Notes under the pieces: model-generated | Told to the model about the DNA's origin: nothing | Databases searched by the model: none | The model's input: only the letters and a program-made list of their open reading frames with translations | Program-made: the position numbers and the translations under genes | Source: Anaerolineae bacterium | Lineage (GTDB): Bacteria > Chloroflexota > Anaerolineae > SpSt-600 | Length of the DNA stretch: 64,000 nucleotides | Assembly (NCBI GenBank): GCA_025062375.1 | Contig: JANXAG010000006.1 | Span: 9,956-73,955, forward strand | Direction: 5' to 3' | Shown: positions 1-8,362 of the stretch, piece by piece | How the letters are laid out: each line of letters begins with the position of its first letter | Numbering within the stretch: position 1 is the stretch's first letter

Positions 1-48
1 TGGCTGCAGCGCCTTCTGATAGTGGGGTAAGTCCAGCAAGGCAGACAT
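1..48 (-). CDS. Possible 5' end of a gene running off the window (MSALLDLPHYQKALQP...)
   Basis: ATG at 48 with a GGAG SD-like motif just upstream; frame open to the window edge; too short to identify. Confidence 0.3.
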   Translation of the reverse strand, partial: MSALLDLPHYQKALQP

Positions 49-308
49 GTGGGCTCCTGGATTTCCCTGGAAGAGGAAGCAGATTCGGCCAGAGGCGAGT
101 TTGAGGCGATCTCAAGGCCCGATTCGGGAATTCTGGCCCCGGGATTTAGCAACGGCTATGCAATGATAGCTCTTTTGATAGCTTGAGCGAAACAACAGAT
201 AAAGCCTTGGCCGGGGGGTAAAAAGCTGACCTTTATACAAAGAGAATGAAGAGGCTTTAACCTTCATTGTGTGGATAAGCCAGATAAGATGCTGCACAGG
301 CCTTTTGC

Positions 309-1052
309 TTACCAGCCGAAGGTAAGTCTGGCGATCAAACGGGGCGGGAGTCCTACTTTTTCCATTTTGTCCTGAGTTTTATTAACCGGATAATAAACCC
401 TTCTGAGCTCCACAACACCACTGTTCAAGTCCAGTAAAGCGTAGCTTGCCCTCGGGTCTCCATCTCTAGGCTGGCCTACACTTCCAGGATTTATTATGAA
501 CCGAAACTCAGGATCTAAGGAGAACGGCTTGTTTTCCTCCAGAACAATGGTTTCACAAGCCCTCTGGTTAGCTTCGCGTAAGGCAAAGATCACCGGAATA
601 TGGCTGTGACCCACAAGACACCAGGGAGTGATAAAATGCTGGAAATTCTCCAGAGCTACCGTAGAGGTCAGGATATACTCCCATATTGGATAACGGGGGC
701 TTCCGTGCACGATGGTGAGTTTATCTTCTAAAATTATCCTTTCGGGGAGACTGTTAAGGTAAGTTACGGACGTAGGGGTTAAAACGCTCTGAGTCCACAA
801 AGTAGCTATTCTGGCATCAGTGTTAAATTCCTCAACCCCAAGCTTGCCAATAGCTGCCCAATCGTGATTGCCGGCCACACATGAGAGAGACGGTAACCCC
901 TTTACACGTTCCACGCATTCATTGGGATCTGGTCCATAACCCACTATGTCTCCGAGGCAGAGCACTGCCTCATAGAGGCCTTCAGCATCTTTAAGGACAG
1001 CTTCCAAGGCTTCTAAGTTTGAGTGGACGTCGGATATAACAAGGAAACGCAT
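309..1052 (-). CDS. Calcineurin-like metallophosphoesterase (YfcE/MPP family)
   Basis: Motifs SDVHSN, GDIVGYG, GNHD, VHGSP, GHSH, NPGSVGQPRD. Confidence 0.9.
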   Translation of the reverse strand: MRFLVISDVHSNLEALEAVLKDAEGLYEAVLCLGDIVGYGPDPNECVERVKGLPSLSCVAGNHDWAAIGKLGVEEFNTDARIATLWTQSVLTPTSVTYLNSLPERIILEDKLTIVHGSPRYPIWEYILTSTVALENFQHFITPWCLVGHSHIPVIFALREANQRACETIVLEENKPFSLDPEFRFIINPGSVGQPRDGDPRASYALLDLNSGVVELRRVYYPVNKTQDKMEKVGLPPRLIARLTFGW

Positions 1053-1073
1053 TATTTCATTACCTCCTACGGA

Positions 1074-1101
1074 ATTATAGACTTAAAGGAGTTTTTGTCA
1101 A
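1074..1101 (-). promoter_or_regulatory. Sigma70-type promoter for the metallophosphoesterase
   Basis: Minus strand TTGACA-16 nt-TATAAT, followed by GGAGG SD. Confidence 0.65.
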
Positions 1102-1120
1102 AAAGCCCGCCCGTATAGTT

Positions 1121-1440
1121 CATGGGGGCTTTGCCCTCTGGGCTCTCAAAATTCCCCCACCCTTGTGGGCTTTGGGCTTGCCGCGGTTAAGGCCACTCGT
1201 GGGCGGGATGTAAGAGGTTATTGATCGCTCCCTTTTGGGGGTTTTCTGGGGGCACATCCCCCAGACCCCCTGCCAGGGGGCAAGCCCCCTGGACCCCCCG
1301 ATTTCCCCCACCCTCGTGGGCTCAGGGTTCGCCACGGTTCCGGGTCCCACTCGTGGGCGGGATGCAAGAGTTGGCTGATCGCTCCCTTTTTGAAGGTTTC
1401 TGAGGGCACATCCCCCAGACCCTCGCCAGGAGCTTTGCCC
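1121..1440. repeat. Tandem ~154-bp GC-rich multi-hairpin repeat (REP/MITE-like), about 2 units
   Basis: GATCGCTCCC at 1223 and 1377 (period 154); hairpins CCAGGGGGC-AA-GCCCCCTGG, GGGGG-CACAT-CCCCC, CCCAC-TC-GTGGG; same family at 59534-59935. Confidence 0.85.
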
Positions 1441-1514
1441 TTAAACTTCCTTAAAGCACGATTTGCTCTCTAAAGCTCAGGTGTAGATAATTGATAACGA
1501 GGGAAGGGGATAGG

Positions 1515-2192
1515 ATGAAACCCTCTATCATCGCAATAGACGGGCCAGCAGCTTCTGGCAAAAGCACTCTGGGCGAGAGGCTCGCCCGAGAGCTTGGTTA
1601 TGTCTACTTTGATACCGGGGTTATGTACAGGGCAGTGGCCTGGATTGCTCTCAAACGCGGGATACCTGTGGAGGATGAAAAGGCTATTACTGCTCTTGCC
1701 CAGGCTATCCAGATCGAAGTTACTCCCCCTACTGTCCATGATGGCAGGCAATATTCAGTTTTCGTGGATGGAGAAGACGTAACCTGGGATATACGAAGGC
1801 CCGAGGTGGACAGAGTGGTTTCACCTGTTTCCGCCTATGCCGGGGTAAGAAAAGCCCTTACAGCCCAGCAACGACGCATTGGCCTCAGAGGAAAAATCGT
1901 AATGGTGGGAAGGGATATAGGAACTGTAGTTTTACCCGAGGCTGACCTCAAAATTTACCTTGAAGCTTCCCTGGAGGAAAGGGCAAGACGACGCTGGAGA
2001 GAGCTCTTAGCTATGGGCAAAAACATTTCTTACGAAGAAGTGTTGGCCATTATGCGCGATAGAGACCGTATAGACAGCACCCGCTGGCTGGCTCCATTGC
2101 GCCCGGCTGAAGACGCCGTGGTCATTGATACTACTTACCTAGATATAGAAGAAGTTTTCCAGAAAGTTATGGAAATCATTGGCGATGATTAA
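1515..2192 (+). CDS. cmk: Cytidylate kinase
   Basis: IAIDGPAASGKST P-loop, DTGVMYRAVA, GRDIGTVVLPEADLKIYL; ATG 1515 preferred over the ORF-track start 1491. Confidence 0.95.
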   Translation: MKPSIIAIDGPAASGKSTLGERLARELGYVYFDTGVMYRAVAWIALKRGIPVEDEKAITALAQAIQIEVTPPTVHDGRQYSVFVDGEDVTWDIRRPEVDRVVSPVSAYAGVRKALTAQQRRIGLRGKIVMVGRDIGTVVLPEADLKIYLEASLEERARRRWRELLAMGKNISYEEVLAIMRDRDRIDSTRWLAPLRPAEDAVVIDTTYLDIEEVFQKVMEIIGDD

Positions 2193-2814
2193 GAGGATTT
2201 TCCGCCGGATTGCAGTTCCAGTTTTGAGATTCCTTTTCAAGCTTCTGAGCAAAGTTGAAGTGCGGGGAAGGGAGAACGTCCCCAGAGAAGGGCCCATTAT
2301 CATAGCCATAAACCACCTGGGACACCTGGATGCCCCCCTCGTTGTGGCTTTTACTCCAAGGGAAGTGGAAGGCATAGCCCTGGTTGACCTTTACAGGGTA
2401 CCTGTAGTAGGACAGCTTCTGCGGCTCTACGGTGTAATTCCGGTGCATCGCGACCAATTTGACCGTAACGTAATAAACCTTTCATTGAAAGTGCTCGCTC
2501 AGGGAAAAGCCCTTGCTCTAGCCCCAGAAGCCCGCCGTAGCCCCTCTAAAGCCTTGGAAAAGGCCCGAAATGGGGTAGCATACCTGGCTATGAAAGGGCA
2601 GGTTCCAGTGATTCCCGCCGCAATCACAGGAACCGAAGATGCGCCGGAAAAGCTCCTTAAGTTCCAGAGGCCCCGAATTACGTTAACCTTTGGAAGACCC
2701 ATTACCCCTCCGCCTTTCTCACGAAATAAGGCTGCATTGGAGAGTTTCACGGAAAAAATCATGAGGGAAATAGCAGCTATGCTCCCTCCCCGATACAGAG
2801 GCTATTATTCCTGA
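2185..2814 (+). CDS. 1-acyl-sn-glycerol-3-phosphate acyltransferase (PlsC family)
   Basis: NHLGHLD (HX4D), APEARRS, GQVPVIP motifs; overlaps the cmk stop. Confidence 0.85.
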   Translation: MIKRIFRRIAVPVLRFLFKLLSKVEVRGRENVPREGPIIIAINHLGHLDAPLVVAFTPREVEGIALVDLYRVPVVGQLLRLYGVIPVHRDQFDRNVINLSLKVLAQGKALALAPEARRSPSKALEKARNGVAYLAMKGQVPVIPAAITGTEDAPEKLLKFQRPRITLTFGRPITPPPFSRNKAALESFTEKIMREIAAMLPPRYRGYYS

Positions 2815-2823
2815 ACAAGGAGG

Positions 2824-3579
2824 ATGCTTATGGCTTTCCCCCTAAGACCACAGGGAAAGACCCTCATCCTTGGCCACCGCGGAGCTAAGGGATACGCCCC
2901 GGAAAACACTTTCCCTTCCTTCCAGAAAGCTCTGGAACTGGGAGTAGATATTATCGAGCTGGATGTTCACATAACCAAAGATGGCCGAATAATAGTCTGC
3001 CACGATGATTCCCTTGACCGCACCACAGGGCTGCGAAAGCTGATCGGAGAATCTACCTGGGATGAAATCCGGAACCTGGACGCCGGAAAATGGTTCGGGC
3101 CCGAATTTGCCGGAGCTAAAATCCCTCTTTTAGAGGAAGTATTGGAATGGGCCAGAGGGAGAATACCGCTCGTAGTGGAAATAAAGCGGGGCTTCGGGGA
3201 ACGGGAAGATATAGTGGAAAAGACGGTTGAGATAATAAAAGAGTGTAAAATGGAACGCGAGGTAGAATTGATTTCCTTTGACCATCGCTTCGTCAGAAAG
3301 GCTAAAGAAATCGCCCCGGAAATACCTGGAGGTATCCTTTACGTGGGAGCACTCATAGACCCCGTCAGAGCAGCCAGAGATGCCCTCGCCGATGCCCTTC
3401 ACCCCCACTTCGCCTATGTGGATAAAGCATTAATAGAGAAAGCTCATGAAGCCGGCCTTGCGGTGAGTGCGTGGGTGGTAAATGACCCAGAAACAGCGCG
3501 CCTTTTAGCCTTGTGGGGAGTGGACTGCATCGGATCTGACTACCCCGATAGGGTTAAGAAGGCTCTGGAAAGCCTTTAG
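2824..3579 (+). CDS. Glycerophosphodiester phosphodiesterase
   Basis: GHRG...PENT...ELDVH..KDG..IVCHD, VEIK, ISFD motifs. Confidence 0.92.
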   Translation: MLMAFPLRPQGKTLILGHRGAKGYAPENTFPSFQKALELGVDIIELDVHITKDGRIIVCHDDSLDRTTGLRKLIGESTWDEIRNLDAGKWFGPEFAGAKIPLLEEVLEWARGRIPLVVEIKRGFGEREDIVEKTVEIIKECKMEREVELISFDHRFVRKAKEIAPEIPGGILYVGALIDPVRAARDALADALHPHFAYVDKALIEKAHEAGLAVSAWVVNDPETARLLALWGVDCIGSDYPDRVKKALESL

Positions 3580-6500
3580 CGTCCGCCCCAGTTCCGCAAG
3601 ACCAGTGGGAGGAAAATTTTGCGCATTGCCTCACCCGTTATTTGCAAGTTACGCCGGCCCGCCCAGTTATTGACTTCACAGCTTTCCGATACGCACCCAT
3701 TGCTATCGTGGCAATCCCAACTTTTATCACCCACGTCCACATAGGCATAGAGGTCATACGCCCCGGGCCTATCAACAGCAAACCCAGGTCTCACGTCAAA
3801 GTAGACTGTCTTGGATGTTCCGGGCCCAAGGTCTAATTTGGAGAGCCACTCAAAGCAGTATCCTTGATATTTATCCGGACAGGCCTGCAGAAGTCCATCC
3901 CAATCTCCTGAACGAGCTGGCGGAGATGAAGGATAGGCTTTGAGATAGAGGGCAAGGCCTACATAGCCACTCTGATTGATGGATCGATCGCCTTGATTGA
4001 GCACTGTTACAGTAACCCTCATAGTTCCAGTGAGGGGCACAGCACTCGGTGAAACCTCCAGCTTTTCCACCACCAAATCCACCCCGCCGGTTACGTTCCA
4101 ATCGCTGGCTACATTGTTCCACGGATCCCACTCAGGCTGAGAAGTGTAAATGGTAACCGTAACCCCGACGCTTTCCGGAGGCGAGGAAGCAACCGATGCT
4201 GAAAAGCTAAAGGCAGAGCCCCTTCCTCCCGGTATCGGGCCAACAGTGCGGGTGAAGTAGTTCCCGGAGCCAGACCAGCCAGGGTTGGAACCCGCAATAA
4301 GACCATTGCTCAAAGTTATTCCCAAAACGGCACTACCCACTTGAATTCCGCAAACGTTAGTGTAAGCGATGGTATAAGTGAGAGATTCACCCCTGGAAAC
4401 CAAACTTTTACCATCGCTCACGGAAACTGCAAGGTCGGGCACGAACTCGACAGGGTGCTCAACTTTCATTCCCCGTAAGCCCGGGAAGGTTCCATAGCTT
4501 TCCCGAGCTTCTATCCCGTAGAATTCATTGGTGATGGTGTGAACCTGACAGCGGGTAATGGAGGGATCAACCTGAACGACAAAACTCCTCTGGCCTGAAG
4601 CCCCCTGTCCGACAACTAACCCAGTCCAGGAAAGGACCCTATCGCTAACGCTGGCCCCTCCGGAGTTCACTAGGATAACCTTGGCAGGAAGCAGATCCGT
4701 CACCACCGTGTTCCTGGCAATCCCCCCCGAATTGGTGAAATAGAGGGTGTAAGTTATGAGGTCGCCTGGAAATACGAAGGAGCCGGATGGAGGCACTGAA
4801 CCCTTACTAACCGAAAGGGCCGGGCATCCTGCTATAGCGTGGGTTATCAACCCAGAGGAGGCCAGCCCGAGACCTTGCCCGGTGGCATAGGCAACGTTGG
4901 AAATCGTCCCTGTAGTGCAAGTTATAACCTTAGCAGTAAAGGTTAGCCCAACGGAAGCTCCCACGCCCAAATTACCCAATTCCCAGCGAAGGACCCCACC
5001 TGAAAGGCTCGGGGGTGGGCTTCCTCCCACAAATTCCAGCTTAACATCCAGCGGGTCTGTGACTACCACGCTGAGAGCTTGTGCTGCGCCTGTGTTTGTG
5101 ATGCGGATGGAATAAGTGATCAAATCGCCGGCCTGAACGGTGTTGCCGGCTCCGGGCAGGGAAGCTTTGCTGAGGACAAGATAGGGGGTTGGGGCTGTTA
5201 CAGTATGAGTTACCGGGTTGCTCCGAAGAGTCTCCAAACACTCAGCCCTAATGTAAGCGTAGTTGGTTATAGTGCCTGAAGCATCTCCCTTTACCCGAGC
5301 GGTGAAGGTAACGGAGCCCGAAACCCCAGGCTTGAGGGTTCCTACACTCCAGCTTATCACATCTCCATCCTTTGTCCCTCCTCCAATATACTCAAGCCTT
5401 AAATCAATGGGGTCTGTTATCACTACGTTCCCGGCTGGCGATTGGCCTGTGTTAGTGTAGCGGATGGTATAAGTGATGGTGCTGTTGGGAGGGATTGAAG
5501 AGCCGGAAGGGGGTGAGGCCTCTTTAGTTATAATCAAAACAGGTGGACCGGCTACAGGATGAGTTATGGAATTAGAGGAAAAAACATCGGACTGCGCAGC
5601 TGTGGCGCGAGCTACGTTAGCTATTTCATAGCCTTCCTGAAGCCCGCATTTGACCCTAGCCGTAAGGGTTACAACTCCTGAGGAACCCGGCCCTAAAGGC
5701 CCTACCGTCCAGGTGACTGTACCGCCGGAGTGAACACCACCTGGGGCAGTGAGGAAATCCAGCGCGCTTGTATCCAGAGTATCGGTTAAGGCGATGGTAA
5801 AGGTATAGTAGCCAGTGTTGGTTACAGCGATGGAATAGGTTATGAGGTCATACCAGCGGACTCGAGAGCCAGGAGGTGGCGTTGAGGACTTAGAGAGGGA
5901 AAGAGTCGTGCCTTTCACTCTATAGGAAACCTCGTTGCTGAGCTGGGAGAGAACCGGTTCTACTTCATCAGACACAAAGGCCTGGGAATAGGCAACGTCG
6001 GTTATGAGGGTGCCAGCTGGGAGGCCTGGGGTTATACGCGCCGTGAAGCTCAACCATTTAGTTTCACCGGGAGTCACATTGCTTAGGGTCCAGGAAATGA
6101 CCCCGTCCTTCAGGACTCCCCCACCAAAAGGAACAACGTTGAAAAGATAAGAGAGGTTTACCGGATCAGTTATGTTTAAGGTGGAGAATGTAGTGCGGTA
6201 GAGGTTGGAGAAAGCAATGGTGTAGGTAACAGGCTGTCCCCAATAGACGATACTCCCTGGCTCCGGATAGGCGCTCTTGTGGAGAGCGCGAATCCCAGTA
6301 ATCTGAAGAGTGTATGTGGCAGATACGGGAGCGAATGTGTAAACTCTACCTAAGGCATCGGTGACAGGTGGATGGGCGATCCAGGCAGTATTTGTGATGT
6401 ATTCCGAAGTGATGCCTTCCCTGATTCGGATGCGGAAGCGGGCAATACCCAACTTACCGTAGCTTTCAGCTCTGACAGTTCTTGTGTAATAGTTGCCACC

Positions 6501-8297
6501 GGCTGGGCTCCATCCCCAACCCACAAAGCTTGTGTCCGGGGGAAGCTCTTCGGTTATAACCGTTTGGGGCAGATCGACTCCTCCCGTGTTGGAAAAGATC
6601 AGGATGTAGTCAAGGATGTCGCCTGGAGAAGCTATACCGAGATAGGAAGTTTTAGTTATGCCGAGCTGGGGATCTGGCACTTCGTAGTAGAACTCAATCC
6701 AATCCAGAGACGGTGTAACGGTAATAGCCTGGCCTCTCGTGAGCTCCAATTGATACTGGAGTTTAAGCACCCCCGAAAGGTTCAGATTTATCGAGTTAGT
6801 CCCGGTAATAAAACTGCTCCAGCTTGACCAACCGCTCCATCCGCTTTCAGTTTGATGGCGCTCCCTGAACCTCAGCCCGGTATCCTGAGGGACAGAAGCG
6901 CTGTACCTTATCTGGGTGACCGTAACGGGCTTTCCTGGCTCAAATGAAATTATGCTGGAAAAGTAAAATCCCCTGGGAGCATAATAAGGTTCACCGGCCC
7001 CTGCTTCGTCTATGTTTCCCCTGTAGATGGTGTTTTTCCTCTGAGGTGGGGTCTCAGGCCCGTCTCCGCCTATGACATAAATATAGCTCCGCCAAATTGC
7101 GGTAGCGTGGAGGGAACGCTCCTGAGGTAAAATAGGTCCCCCAACCCATGCTCCAATGCCGGAGCCCCAGTCGTAAAGGCGTGTATCGGGGCTATTTTCA
7201 TCCACCAGAGCCAACTGAACAGTATTAGACACCTGTTGTCCAAGCCCAACCTCTCCACCGGTGAGGAAAATTTCACCCCTTGCCTCAGCGACACCATGGC
7301 TGGAAAGGGGCTGAGGCAATCCACCTCCGGCGGAAGTATACCACCCAGTGAGGGTGGGAGTTGGCGGCGTTGATGAAGTAATCACATCCGCAAAGAGCAC
7401 TTCACTCCTTGAACCATCAAGATTTTCTCCACCGATGACATAGATGGTCCTGCTCAGTTCACCAGTGTAGTAAACAGCGGCAAAGTTCCTGAGAGGCCAC
7501 GGCAGTTTTTCGCTGGGCTCACAAAACCATTCACTCAGTGAACCGTCGGGATTTATACGAGCTTTACAAACTTCATCGGTTGGTTTGGCGTTGCCTGCAC
7601 CTGTTCCTAAGTTACCTCCTATCACAAAGATAAACCCTTCTACCGCAATAGCTGAATGGTAATAACGTCCATATTCTTCCTCCAAAGGTGTGGTTTCTAC
7701 CCATCTGCTTATCTCCCCCGTGGCTCCATTCACAGTGGCCGTGTAAACCTTGCTGGAGATAGAATTATCGTCCCTGATCCCGCCTATGTAATACAAAGTG
7801 GCCGTTAATTCGGAGTGAGGGTGAAGGACAAGGGCACCACTGCTCAGACCATCGTGCCCCACTCCTCCACACTCATACCTTCCTTTATTCTGTTTAGGGA
7901 GCCATGAGTCTTGAGGAAGAGTAACCCATGGCTGGAGAGAACCATCGGGGTTGATGGTGGTGCTGTAAACCTCGCGGCGACGGCAGCCATTGCTATCATC
8001 ACCGCCCACCACGAAGATTTTGCCCTGCCAGGCTACTGCACTCAGGCTGCTTAACGCTATGGGTAAACTCTGAGTATCGGTTACCCATCGCCCCCCCTGC
8101 CACAGGGGAAGCAACCTTACTCCTCCCTCAGGGGTAAGGGCTGTGAAACGGAAAGAGCCGTCGGCAAAGTCCTCTGTGGAGTCTTCCTTAACCTTGAGAG
8201 CGAATGAAAAGGAGGAAATAGGGAGTAAAAACAGTAGAACGAACAATAAAAACATGGCCTCCATGAAGAGGACAAGAAGCCATTTACTCCTGACCAT
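3576..8297 (-). CDS. Large secreted surface protein: signal peptide, ~6 Kelch repeats, ~7 DUF11 Ig-like domains, CARDB domain, C-terminal FLPLVLR motif
   Basis: Repeated (I/F)(Y/F)V(I/V)GG Kelch motifs; repeated K...G..ITY(T/S)I...N.G...TD...N DUF11 pattern; DLVV..VLNQG..VD..ES.E.NN CARDB pattern. Confidence 0.8.
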   Translation of the reverse strand: MVRSKWLLVLFMEAMFLLFVLLFLLPISSFSFALKVKEDSTEDFADGSFRFTALTPEGGVRLLPLWQGGRWVTDTQSLPIALSSLSAVAWQGKIFVVGGDDSNGCRRREVYSTTINPDGSLQPWVTLPQDSWLPKQNKGRYECGGVGHDGLSSGALVLHPHSELTATLYYIGGIRDDNSISSKVYTATVNGATGEISRWVETTPLEEEYGRYYHSAIAVEGFIFVIGGNLGTGAGNAKPTDEVCKARINPDGSLSEWFCEPSEKLPWPLRNFAAVYYTGELSRTIYVIGGENLDGSRSEVLFADVITSSTPPTPTLTGWYTSAGGGLPQPLSSHGVAEARGEIFLTGGEVGLGQQVSNTVQLALVDENSPDTRLYDWGSGIGAWVGGPILPQERSLHATAIWRSYIYVIGGDGPETPPQRKNTIYRGNIDEAGAGEPYYAPRGFYFSSIISFEPGKPVTVTQIRYSASVPQDTGLRFRERHQTESGWSGWSSWSSFITGTNSINLNLSGVLKLQYQLELTRGQAITVTPSLDWIEFYYEVPDPQLGITKTSYLGIASPGDILDYILIFSNTGGVDLPQTVITEELPPDTSFVGWGWSPAGGNYYTRTVRAESYGKLGIARFRIRIREGITSEYITNTAWIAHPPVTDALGRVYTFAPVSATYTLQITGIRALHKSAYPEPGSIVYWGQPVTYTIAFSNLYRTTFSTLNITDPVNLSYLFNVVPFGGGVLKDGVISWTLSNVTPGETKWLSFTARITPGLPAGTLITDVAYSQAFVSDEVEPVLSQLSNEVSYRVKGTTLSLSKSSTPPPGSRVRWYDLITYSIAVTNTGYYTFTIALTDTLDTSALDFLTAPGGVHSGGTVTWTVGPLGPGSSGVVTLTARVKCGLQEGYEIANVARATAAQSDVFSSNSITHPVAGPPVLIITKEASPPSGSSIPPNSTITYTIRYTNTGQSPAGNVVITDPIDLRLEYIGGGTKDGDVISWSVGTLKPGVSGSVTFTARVKGDASGTITNYAYIRAECLETLRSNPVTHTVTAPTPYLVLSKASLPGAGNTVQAGDLITYSIRITNTGAAQALSVVVTDPLDVKLEFVGGSPPPSLSGGVLRWELGNLGVGASVGLTFTAKVITCTTGTISNVAYATGQGLGLASSGLITHAIAGCPALSVSKGSVPPSGSFVFPGDLITYTLYFTNSGGIARNTVVTDLLPAKVILVNSGGASVSDRVLSWTGLVVGQGASGQRSFVVQVDPSITRCQVHTITNEFYGIEARESYGTFPGLRGMKVEHPVEFVPDLAVSVSDGKSLVSRGESLTYTIAYTNVCGIQVGSAVLGITLSNGLIAGSNPGWSGSGNYFTRTVGPIPGGRGSAFSFSASVASSPPESVGVTVTIYTSQPEWDPWNNVASDWNVTGGVDLVVEKLEVSPSAVPLTGTMRVTVTVLNQGDRSINQSGYVGLALYLKAYPSSPPARSGDWDGLLQACPDKYQGYCFEWLSKLDLGPGTSKTVYFDVRPGFAVDRPGAYDLYAYVDVGDKSWDCHDSNGCVSESCEVNNWAGRRNLQITGEAMRKIFLPLVLRNWGGR

Positions 8298-8314
8298 TTA
8301 CTCCTCCGGGACAA

Positions 8315-8358
8315 TCTACCCCCTCTACCTCCACCGGCAAGGGGGTAGAGGGGGTAGA
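8315..8358. other. Perfect 15-bp inverted repeat (hairpin) between tadG-like gene and adhesin gene
   Basis: TCTACCCCCTCTACC (8315-8329) and GGTAGAGGGGGTAGA (8344-8358), 14-nt spacer, no clear U-tract on the minus strand. Confidence 0.7.
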
Positions 8359-8362
8359 AATT

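Noticed and set aside
112-297. 61-aa minus-strand ORF
   Set aside because: No SD, no recognisable motif; probably intergenic sequence
1120-1409. ORFs of 60-76 aa on both strands (also 59436-59857)
   Set aside because: They arise from the stop-poor GC-rich repeat unit; no evidence of independent genes
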